A program made the position numbers and the translations under genes. The notes under the pieces were generated by a model. It had not been told where the DNA came from and did not search any database. It saw only the letters and a list, made by a program, of their open reading frames with translations. Source: an uncultured Clostridia bacterium (lineage in GTDB: Bacteria > Bacillota > Clostridia > Christensenellales > UBA1242). From it: DNA of 64,000 nt. Positions 20,790-28,277 of this stretch are shown here, piece by piece (positions within the stretch are counted from its first letter, which is position 1; each line of letters begins with the position of its first letter). The stretch spans positions 73,870-137,869 of the forward strand of contig CALWTS010000005.1 in assembly GCA_944384535.1 (NCBI GenBank), read 5' to 3'.

Positions 20790-21383
20790 ATGGATTCATT
20801 CGTTTGCTTTTTACAAAACCATTTTATTAATTTAGTGTGGTTGATTACAATTTTAATTGCTATGTGTCCTATGTTAGAAAGTAAAATAGCAATTCCATTA
20901 GCTATTAATACTTCTATTTGGGGAAGTAATGCTTTATCTCCAATAAATGCTTTTTTATTTTCTCTACTAGGAAACATATTACCTTGTTATTTTATTTTAT
21001 TGATCGTAAAAAAACTTAAAAATAAAACTACAGGTTTCTTTTCCTCAAATTTTGTTAATAGATATCTAAAAAAGAGCCAAAAGATAAATATCAAAAATTC
21101 ATTATTAAAAAAATATCTTTCATTAAGTTGCTTTGTAGCTATCCCTTTGCCATTAACAGGAGTTTGGTCTGGAAGTATAATTGGTGGATTAACAAATTTA
21201 AATGTTAATTATTGTTTTCTATCCATTCTAATAGGAAGCATAATATCTTCATTATCTATAATAATTTTAACAATATTTTTTTCAAATACAATTTTGTATA
21301 TTTTTATGATTTCAATTTTAATAATAATATTCTTTTTATTTTTAGATTTATTAATTTCTTGTATAAAAAAAGTAAGGAAATAA
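20790..21383 (+). CDS. Small multidrug-export-like membrane protein (COG2426-like)
   Basis: PMLESKIAIPLAI motif and 4-5 TM helices resemble the Sm_multidrug_ex family. This is the last + strand gene before the orientation switch. Confidence 0.5.
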   Translation: MDSFVCFLQNHFINLVWLITILIAMCPMLESKIAIPLAINTSIWGSNALSPINAFLFSLLGNILPCYFILLIVKKLKNKTTGFFSSNFVNRYLKKSQKINIKNSLLKKYLSLSCFVAIPLPLTGVWSGSIIGGLTNLNVNYCFLSILIGSIISSLSIIILTIFFSNTILYIFMISILIIIFFLFLDLLISCIKKVRK

Positions 21384-21399
21384 AACACCTTACTTTTTT
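21371..21399. terminator. Bidirectional terminator between convergent genes
   Basis: AGTAAGG-loop-CCTTACT flanked by an A-run on the left and a T-run on the right. It lies in the 17-nt gap between the converging ORFs. Confidence 0.6.
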
Positions 21400-21400
21400 A

Positions 21401-23122
21401 CTATCTCCAAAATTTTATTATAATAAATCTTTTTAAATAATATCTCACAATAAAAATAATAAATAAAATTAATATTGGTAAAATTAGAGTTGTAGCATAT
21501 AATTCGAAATTATATGTATTTAATCCAAAAATAAAATTTAGACCTATAACACATCCGACACTTAAAATAAAGTATGTCCAAATCTGCCACTGTGGCATCA
21601 TTTGTGAAGGTAACCAACCTTTATATTTTTTAAAATTATAGAATTTATAAACAATATCTATTATAGTTAGAGCAGGTAACAAAATATATAAGAAATTTGT
21701 GTTATAATTTAATTTGTTTGTGGACATTAAGATAAAAAAACATATTAATGAAACTAAAGATGAAATAGAAAAAACCATCAAACTTAGTAATAATAAAAGT
21801 TTATTTGTATTATGTTCAGTTTTTTCAGAAGACTTTTTATACACATTAAATGAAATGTTTTGATTTTTATAAAAATCTTTTAAATCAGCATAATCATAGA
21901 TTGAATCACTTCTATTTTCATAACTTTGCATATCTTTTGTTTTAGAGTATAATCTTGAAAGTATTTCTTTATGAGAAGGATCTATTGAGGTATCTCTTTT
22001 GGGTGCAGGTAGTTTGCCTTCTTTAGATTGATCAACTAATATTTTTAATCTTGGAGGTTCAATTTTCTTTGCTCTTTCAACATTGTTAGTATCTACTCTT
22101 TGTGTTATAAATTTTGCATCATCTTCTTTCAATTCATTTTGATTATTGGAAGATTTATTTACAGATTCTAATTTATCTTTATAATTTCTTTCAAAAAATT
22201 TATCTTGAGATATTCTTTCTGATAAAAATTTATTTTTAGTTTCTATAATAGAATTTTTGAAATCCTCAATATTTGCTTTAGTTTTTTCAATAGATTCTGA
22301 AAGGGGAGAATCAACAGTCATAGAAATTTGGTCTTCGGCAAAACTGCGTTTCTTTTTATATTTATTTATTTCTTTTGAAATATCATATAATCGTTTATTG
22401 TATTCACTTACGTTATCTTTTGTTAAAAATACAGCATCATCTTTTTTTATTTCCAAAATTGGGTCTTGTTCTGCTTGGTTATTTATTATTTCTTTTTGTT
22501 TTGTTTCATTTTCGTTATTTAAAAAACTTTCCTCATTCATTTGTTTTATATCTTTTAAAAAAGAATACGACTCTTTCTCTTTTGAAACATAAGTTTTAGT
22601 ATCATCTTTTTTATTTTCATGTTCAGACTCTATATTTTGTATAGAATTATATTCATTGTCATCAATAGATGAAAAATCAAAAAAATCATCTTCTTCTGAG
22701 TTGTCTACTTTATCATCTTTTTTAATACTTTGATTTATAAAATCTTCAGAATTGTTATTGAAAACAGGAGAGTTTTGAGAAGATTTATTTTTTATACTAT
22801 TATCATCATCTTTAAAATCTCTAAAAACATCAATATTATTTCTTTCAAAATAATTTTTTAAATCATTATAATAATTTCTGCCTTCTTCAGTGATGGAATA
22901 GTATTTTCTATTTGGACCTAAATCACTACTTTTAAGATATGAAGATACTAGACCTTGTTTTTCCATTCTTGTTAAATTAGAATATACACTGGGTTTTTTT
23001 AATTGTATATTTCCATTACTTTTATCATAAATTCCAGAAATAATATCTAGACCATAAAAATCACGTTCTAAAAGACAATTTAATATTAAAAAAGATAATT
23101 GACCTTTTGCATATAGTTCCAT
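21401..23122 (-). CDS. PadR-family winged-helix N-terminal domain fused to a long low-complexity linker and a C-terminal 4-TM domain
   Basis: N-terminus LSFLILNCLLERDFYGLDII...VYSNLTRMEKQGLVSS...RKYYSITEEG matches PadR. About 330 aa are N/K/E/D/S-rich. The C-terminal about 130 aa are hydrophobic. Confidence 0.7.
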   Translation of the reverse strand: MELYAKGQLSFLILNCLLERDFYGLDIISGIYDKSNGNIQLKKPSVYSNLTRMEKQGLVSSYLKSSDLGPNRKYYSITEEGRNYYNDLKNYFERNNIDVFRDFKDDDNSIKNKSSQNSPVFNNNSEDFINQSIKKDDKVDNSEEDDFFDFSSIDDNEYNSIQNIESEHENKKDDTKTYVSKEKESYSFLKDIKQMNEESFLNNENETKQKEIINNQAEQDPILEIKKDDAVFLTKDNVSEYNKRLYDISKEINKYKKKRSFAEDQISMTVDSPLSESIEKTKANIEDFKNSIIETKNKFLSERISQDKFFERNYKDKLESVNKSSNNQNELKEDDAKFITQRVDTNNVERAKKIEPPRLKILVDQSKEGKLPAPKRDTSIDPSHKEILSRLYSKTKDMQSYENRSDSIYDYADLKDFYKNQNISFNVYKKSSEKTEHNTNKLLLLLSLMVFSISSLVSLICFFILMSTNKLNYNTNFLYILLPALTIIDIVYKFYNFKKYKGWLPSQMMPQWQIWTYFILSVGCVIGLNFIFGLNTYNFELYATTLILPILILFIIFIVRYYLKRFIIIKFWR

Positions 23123-23143
23123 ATTTTTTTCCTTTACTATAAA

Positions 23144-23172
23144 AGTATAAACTAATTAATAAATTTAGTCAA
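23144..23172 (-). promoter_or_regulatory. Sigma-A type promoter of the PadR-like gene
   Basis: On the - strand: TTGACT, 17-nt spacer, TATACT, then AAAGGAAA and the ATG. Confidence 0.65.
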
Positions 23173-23219
23173 TAAAAATAATAAAAATAGCTATTATGTT
23201 TTGCATAATAGCTATTTTT
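23173..23219 (-). terminator. Intrinsic terminator of the serS/hypothetical-gene operon
   Basis: 16-bp perfect stem AAAAATAGCTATTATG / CATAATAGCTATTTTT with a 5-nt loop, and a T-rich tail on the - strand. Confidence 0.75.
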
Positions 23220-23347
23220 ACTGTTAAAATTATAAAGAAAAACATTAAAATTTAGGGGAGGTTTTAACATATTTTATAATTTATTTTCCAATATTATAAT
23301 TGAAATTGGGGATATTAAGACGAATTTATACTAGTATGTAAATTTAC

Positions 23348-23383
23348 AATCTATGCGTAAAACACAAGTTTTACGCATAGATT
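23348..23383. repeat. 36-bp perfect palindrome (16-bp arms, ACAA centre)
   Basis: AATCTATGCGTAAAAC-ACAA-GTTTTACGCATAGATT. No U-tract on either strand. 14 nt of the arm recur at 25873-25886. Confidence 0.9.
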
Positions 23384-23434
23384 ATGATATATTAATTTTA
23401 TAATAAAAGTATTATGTTATTTTTTAATAATTAT

Positions 23435-24403
23435 TTATTTATTAATCATATTTAACATTTTATTAAAACCAAACATACAATTTCCACATACATCATCTTG
23501 ATGAATAGTTTTTGATGGATCATTTATAGATTTAACATTTTTTAAAGTTTTAATTGTAAAGTAATTTATTATTTTTAAAAATATTTTATAAATATCATCA
23601 CCTATAAAAAAATCTTCAGGACAACTAGCAACTATACTTTCGATAAACACCTGATTTGGAATATATCTATTTACATTATAATATAATGAATTTAATATTT
23701 TTATAATTTTTAAAAAATTATCTCCAATATTATTTATTTTTTCTTGTAAAATATTATATCTATTTTGTACATCAATTTCTTTATAGCCCAATTTTTTTCC
23801 TGCATAATATTTGAATTTATTACCATCGTAACTTACTAAATAAATTAATATTTGTACATTTGAGCCAAAATCTTCTTTTCCTATAATTTGTAATAAATTT
23901 CCATTTAAGTAAACTATAGAACTAGCTGATAAATATTCAATTATTGCATTTTGAAGGTCTTCTGTTAAATTATAAATATTATATTTACTTGGATCAAATT
24001 TATAATCAGATAAATTAATTGTTTTAGCTTCTTTTTTTCGTCTAAATAATTTTTTACGTTTTTTTCTTTTTGATGATTTTCGATTTTCCCAAGCGAATTT
24101 AAACCTGTTAACTATATTTTGCCATAAAGGAATTTTTCTTGCTGTATTCATTTCAAGTTGTGCATTTTTTATTCCTAAAAAGTATATAAAATCAGAATTA
24201 TCAACTAATGCACCGCTCATTAATTCATTGATAGGTTGTAAAATAATATTATCCAAATTAACGTAAGAAATTTTTTCTGACATCTTTTTAAGAGCAGAAC
24301 TTAAAATCATATTTAATTTTTTTGAAATGTTTTTAATATATTTTATATTTTCTTGTTCCGCAATAGAAACAATCAATTCTTTAGATATGCTTAATTTTGA
24401 CAT
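23435..24403 (-). CDS. Uncharacterised 322-aa protein with a polybasic insert, translationally linked to serS. Possible divergent Pol-beta-fold nucleotidyltransferase-like protein
   Basis: AGAGGAAG RBS in the 22-nt gap after serS. KSSKRKKRKKLFRRKKEAK insert. The C-terminal YIPNQVFIESIVASCPEDFF resembles the helical region of NTase-fold proteins, but the G[SG]/DxD motif is not canonical (SGALVDNSDFI). Confidence 0.6.
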   Translation of the reverse strand: MSKLSISKELIVSIAEQENIKYIKNISKKLNMILSSALKKMSEKISYVNLDNIILQPINELMSGALVDNSDFIYFLGIKNAQLEMNTARKIPLWQNIVNRFKFAWENRKSSKRKKRKKLFRRKKEAKTINLSDYKFDPSKYNIYNLTEDLQNAIIEYLSASSIVYLNGNLLQIIGKEDFGSNVQILIYLVSYDGNKFKYYAGKKLGYKEIDVQNRYNILQEKINNIGDNFLKIIKILNSLYYNVNRYIPNQVFIESIVASCPEDFFIGDDIYKIFLKIINYFTIKTLKNVKSINDPSKTIHQDDVCGNCMFGFNKMLNMINK

Positions 24404-24425
24404 AATATCTTCCTCTTAAGAAAAT

Positions 24426-25715
24426 TTATTTCTTAGGATAAATTTTATCTTTGCCTGCCATGTATGGTCTTAAAGCTAAAGGAATATTAACAGAGCCATC
24501 CTCATTCAAATTATTTTCTAAAAATGCAATAAGCATTCTTGGTGGAGCCACAACTGTATTGTTTAAAGTATGTGCATATTTTATACCATCACTATTTTTA
24601 AATTTTATACCTAACCTTCTTGCTTGAGCATCTGACAAGTTTGAACAAGAACCTAATTCTCCAAAATATTTTTTTTGACGAGGACTCCATGCATTTAAAT
24701 CGCACGATTTTACTTTTAAGTCAGCTAAATCACCACTACAACACTCCATAATTTCATGTGGTATATCTAAAGATTTAAAAAATTCAGATGAAATTTGCCA
24801 CATTTTATTATACCAATTCATTGAATCTTCAGGTTTGCAAATTATTATCATTTCTTGTTTTTCAAATTGATGAACTCTATATATACCTCTTTCTTCAATT
24901 CCGTGAGCGCCAACTTCTTTTCTAAAACATGGAGAATAAGAAGTCAACATTAATGGAAGATCTGATTCTTTTAAAATTGTATCTTTAAAACGACCAATCA
25001 TAGAATGTTCGCTAGTGCCGATTAAATACAAATCTTCACCTTCTATTTTGTACATCATGTTTTCCATTTCTTCAAAACTCATTACTCCATTAACTACATC
25101 GCTTCTTATCATAAATGGTGGTATACAGTAAGTAAATCCCTTATCTATCATAAAATCTCTAGCATACGATAAAATAGCAGAATGTAATCTTGCAATATCT
25201 CCAACTAAGTAATAAAAGCCATTACCACTAGTTCTTCTAGCACTATCTAAATCTAATCCACCTAAATTTTCTAATATATCAGCATGGTAAGGAATTTCAA
25301 ATGTGGGTACTTTAGCTTCTCCAATAGTTAAACGTTGAACGTTTTCACTGTCATCTTTTCCTATTGGTACATCATCAGCTATTATGTTAGGAATTGACAT
25401 CATATACTTTTTTAATTCAACTGACAATTCGTTTTCTTCTTTTTCAATTTCAATAATTCTTTCATTGTTTTTAACAACTTGTTTTTTAATATCGTTTGCT
25501 TGTTCAATATTTTTTTCTTTCATAAGCACACCAATTTGACTGCTTAATGTATTGCGACTTGAACGTAAATCATCTCCTTCTTGTTTTAAAGATCTAATTT
25601 TTTTATCCAGTTCTAAAACTTTATCTACATACTCTAGTTTATGATCTTGAAATTTCTTTTTAATATTTAGTTTAACAATTTCAGGATTCGTTCTAATTAA
25701 ATTAATATCTATCAT
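24426..25715 (-). CDS. serS: Serine--tRNA ligase
   Basis: MIDINLIRTNPE..., coiled-coil arm, class II motifs FRKEVGAHG, RVHQFEKQE and TLNNTVVAPPRMLIAFLEN. Confidence 0.97.
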   Translation of the reverse strand: MIDINLIRTNPEIVKLNIKKKFQDHKLEYVDKVLELDKKIRSLKQEGDDLRSSRNTLSSQIGVLMKEKNIEQANDIKKQVVKNNERIIEIEKEENELSVELKKYMMSIPNIIADDVPIGKDDSENVQRLTIGEAKVPTFEIPYHADILENLGGLDLDSARRTSGNGFYYLVGDIARLHSAILSYARDFMIDKGFTYCIPPFMIRSDVVNGVMSFEEMENMMYKIEGEDLYLIGTSEHSMIGRFKDTILKESDLPLMLTSYSPCFRKEVGAHGIEERGIYRVHQFEKQEMIIICKPEDSMNWYNKMWQISSEFFKSLDIPHEIMECCSGDLADLKVKSCDLNAWSPRQKKYFGELGSCSNLSDAQARRLGIKFKNSDGIKYAHTLNNTVVAPPRMLIAFLENNLNEDGSVNIPLALRPYMAGKDKIYPKK

Positions 25716-25748
25716 AAAATAAAACTCCTTCTATATCTAAACGTTAAT

Positions 25749-25777
25749 ATTATACTTTTATAGACATATTAAGTCAA
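25749..25777 (-). promoter_or_regulatory. Sigma-A type promoter of serS (short leader, no T-box)
   Basis: On the - strand: TTGACT, 17-nt spacer, TATAAT. About 30-nt leader with GAAGGAG. Confidence 0.7.
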
Positions 25778-25869
25778 TTGTTTTTAATGTTGATTTATTA
25801 AAACTATTTATAAAAAAACAATATATAGTAGTATATGCGATATAATACAACACACATATTTTTAATTAA

Positions 25870-25892
25870 ATATTTTACGCATAGATATTTTA
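25870..25892. repeat. Third copy of the palindrome arm, embedded in ATATTTTA-CGCATAG-ATATTTTA
   Basis: TTTTACGCATAGAT (25873-25886) is identical to 23369-23382. It is flanked by an 8-nt direct repeat and lies 23 nt upstream of the -35 box of the recombinase promoter. Confidence 0.85.
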
Positions 25893-25908
25893 AAATTTAT
25901 TAATTTTT

Positions 25909-25937
25909 TTGACAAATAAATAAAAAATCATTATAAT
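25909..25937 (+). promoter_or_regulatory. Sigma-A type promoter of the recombinase gene; geometry implies a leaderless mRNA
   Basis: TTGACA, 17-nt spacer, TATAAT. Only 7 nt separate the -10 box from the ATG at 25945, and there is no SD sequence. Confidence 0.6.
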
Positions 25938-25944
25938 TTTATAT

Positions 25945-26982
25945 ATGGAAAATTCATCTAATTACTTTTTAAAAAGAGATTTACAAAATCGACTTAAAAT
26001 GGCAAAATATACTGAAAAACTACCCGATTATTGCCTTGATTATTTTATTGGTATAGAAAACAATACTTCTTCTTTAACTAGATACAATTATTCAATGGAT
26101 TTATATGTTTTTTTCTATTATTTGTCAAACTTTGTTATAAAAAAAAGTACTCAAAATATTACTTTAGATGATTTAAATTTGCTAAAGGCAAGAGATATAG
26201 AACAATATTTATCCTATCTTACCTATTATGAAATGGATGAAAAACAATACAAAAATGATGAAAAAGGAAAAGCAAGGAAATTAGCCTCCTTAAGAAGTTT
26301 TTTTAAATATCTATTTAACCATGATTTAATTGAATCAAACATTGTAAGCAAAATTAACACACCAAAACTTCATAATAAAGAAATTATAAGATTAGAAAAA
26401 AATGAAGTTTCAAAATTAATGAATGCAATAGAAAATCCTGAAGATTTTTCTATTCGACAAAAAAATTATAACAAAAATACTTTTGAAAGAGATAATGCAA
26501 TAATCACCCTATTTTTAGGAACTGGAATAAGAATTTCTGAGTTGGTTGGACTTAATATTGAAAATTTTGATTTTGAACAAAATGCGTTTTTAGTAACCCG
26601 CAAAGGTGGAAATCAAACTGTATTATATTTTTCTAATGAAGTTGCTATGGCGTTAAAAACATGGTTAGAGAAACGTGCCTCTCTTAATCTTCCAATAACA
26701 GAAAAAGCAATGTTTATTTCTTTACAAAATAAAAGAATTTCAATTCGTGCGGTGGAAAATTTGGTTAAAAAATTTGCTTTAATTGCTTCACCATTAAAAA
26801 AAATTTCACCTCACAAACTAAGAAGTACTTTTGGTACTAATTTGTATAAAGAAACTAAAGATATATATATTGTTGCAGATGTATTGGGACATAAAGATGT
26901 TAATACTACTAAAAAACATTATGCTGCAATAAGTGAAGACATGAGAAAAAATATAGCCAATATTATCAAAATTAACGATTAA
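25945..26982 (+). CDS. Tyrosine site-specific recombinase, XerS-like (Xer family)
   Basis: Catalytic signature: RISE (Arg), HKLRSTF (H-x-x-R), GH, and terminal Y in TTKKHYA. LPDYCLDYF, NKNTFERDNAIITLFLGTGIRISE and VTRKGG resemble, from memory, streptococcal XerS rather than XerC/D. Confidence 0.8.
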   Translation: MENSSNYFLKRDLQNRLKMAKYTEKLPDYCLDYFIGIENNTSSLTRYNYSMDLYVFFYYLSNFVIKKSTQNITLDDLNLLKARDIEQYLSYLTYYEMDEKQYKNDEKGKARKLASLRSFFKYLFNHDLIESNIVSKINTPKLHNKEIIRLEKNEVSKLMNAIENPEDFSIRQKNYNKNTFERDNAIITLFLGTGIRISELVGLNIENFDFEQNAFLVTRKGGNQTVLYFSNEVAMALKTWLEKRASLNLPITEKAMFISLQNKRISIRAVENLVKKFALIASPLKKISPHKLRSTFGTNLYKETKDIYIVADVLGHKDVNTTKKHYAAISEDMRKNIANIIKIND

Positions 26983-27012
26983 AAATAAGCATTTGTTGAG
27001 ATGCTTATTTTT
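26983..27012. terminator. Bidirectional terminator between the recombinase gene and spoIVB
   Basis: AAATAAGCAT-TTGTTGAG-ATGCTTATTT with A/T runs on both sides. Confidence 0.7.
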
Positions 27013-28222
27013 AAAAATTCATTTGTTCTATCATCCAATCAGTATAAACCCCGTAGCCCTTTGTTGGATCAGAAAGAAAAACGTGCGTAACTGCACCTAT
27101 AATTTTATCGTTTTGAATTATTGGTGAACCACTCATTCCTTGAACTATACCACCAGTAAGGTTAATTAACCTTTCATCTTTTACTCTAAAAAAAATACTT
27201 TTATCATCACTAACACTTTGATAATTTGCCTTGATAATTTCAATATCATATTCTTCCCTTATTCCACTTACACTAGAGATTATTTTTGCTTTTCCTGGTT
27301 TTACGCTCAATCTTCCACCAAGTTGCAATTTTAAATTTTTATCGACCAAATTCTCATTTTCATTTAATTTACCAAAAATGCCATACTTTGTATTTAATGA
27401 TACTGTACCATTAATATCTTTTTTAACAAAAACACATTTTAATTCCCCTGGATCATTTTTTTGTCCTTTATTTATACCTACTAAAGAACAATTATAAACC
27501 TCTCCATTTCTTATGTTCATAATGTTTTTATTTTTTGAATCACTACTGATAGGATGCCCAAATGCGGCGTAAGAGAAATCTTTTTTTATAAAAGTTAGAG
27601 TACCAATACCAGAAAAATCATCTTTAACCCATACTCCCAATTTATATTTATTATTCTTATCTTTAATTAAAGTTATTTCTTGGTTATATGTTTTGTTATT
27701 TCTTAAAAATTCAATGTTTATTTTATCATTTTTTGTATTTTCTAAAATGTAATCTATATCATCAAGACTATTTATTTTTTGGTTATTAATAGTTAATATG
27801 ATATCGCCATTTTTTAAAATATCATTTTTGATTATTAGCGAATTTTCTACATCTATCAAACTGTCACTAACTACGACAGCTCCATCAACATTGACATTAA
27901 TTCCTATTGGATTTCCCCCAATATAAACTTCTTCTGAAGGTAAAATTTTGACAGATACTTTCTTTATTGGAATAAAGCCGAATAGTTTGAAAATAATAGA
28001 ATTTTCTGTAGATGATTGATTATCTGTATTTATAGAAATTTCTTCTAAATTTGTATCAATAAAATTTCCAAAAATTTTTTTATCATTTACTGATTTTATT
28101 TCATCATAATTAACATAGAATTCTTCAGGTAAATATAAAATTTGGAATAATTTAACATTGTTAAAAAATACTCCTATTATAATAATACATATAATAATAA
28201 AAAGTTTGGTTTTTATTCTCAA
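27011..28222 (-). CDS. spoIVB: SpoIVB peptidase (S55 serine protease, PDZ domain)
   Basis: GIGTLTFIKKDFSYAAFGHPI and VQGMSGSPIIQNDKIIGAVTHVF are diagnostic. The start is placed at TTG 28222 after GGGGGGA. The track start at 28234 lies inside the recN terminator T-tract. Confidence 0.9.
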   Translation of the reverse strand: MRIKTKLFIIICIIIIGVFFNNVKLFQILYLPEEFYVNYDEIKSVNDKKIFGNFIDTNLEEISINTDNQSSTENSIIFKLFGFIPIKKVSVKILPSEEVYIGGNPIGINVNVDGAVVVSDSLIDVENSLIIKNDILKNGDIILTINNQKINSLDDIDYILENTKNDKINIEFLRNNKTYNQEITLIKDKNNKYKLGVWVKDDFSGIGTLTFIKKDFSYAAFGHPISSDSKNKNIMNIRNGEVYNCSLVGINKGQKNDPGELKCVFVKKDINGTVSLNTKYGIFGKLNENENLVDKNLKLQLGGRLSVKPGKAKIISSVSGIREEYDIEIIKANYQSVSDDKSIFFRVKDERLINLTGGIVQGMSGSPIIQNDKIIGAVTHVFLSDPTKGYGVYTDWMIEQMNF

Positions 28223-28232
28223 AAATCCCCCC

Positions 28233-28259
28233 AAAAAAAAGACTAACTAATTGTTAGTC
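28233..28259 (-). terminator. Intrinsic terminator after recN
   Basis: On the - strand: GACTAAC-AATTA-GTTAGTC followed by T8. Confidence 0.75.
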
Positions 28260-28277
28260 TATACATGTTAATTAAAA

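Noticed and set aside
21212-21436. 74-aa + strand ORF overlapping the end of 20790-21383
   Set aside because: It is in an alternative frame of a membrane-protein gene and runs through the bidirectional terminator. It has no RBS.
22257-22599. Two + strand ORFs (111 and 74 aa)
   Set aside because: They are antisense to the low-complexity linker of the PadR-like gene and are a composition artefact.
21900-22800. Low-complexity A/T/G-rich stretch checked for tandem repeats or a CRISPR-like array
   Set aside because: I could see no exact periodic repeats or spacer structure. It reads as a continuous N/K/E/D-rich coding region.
25716-25944. Possible T-box leader upstream of serS
   Set aside because: The serS promoter (25749-25777) leaves only about a 30-nt leader. 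There is no GGUGGUACC T-box sequence or terminator/antiterminator pair, unlike the clear T-box at pheST.
25945-26982. Recombinase as the integrase of a prophage, ICE or genomic island
   Set aside because: There are no phage, conjugation, excisionase or cargo genes on either side, and the flanks are core genes (serS, spoIVB). The sequence features look Xer-like. The hypothesis that the repeats flank a mobile element is kept only as something to exclude in the 25866-25945 finding.
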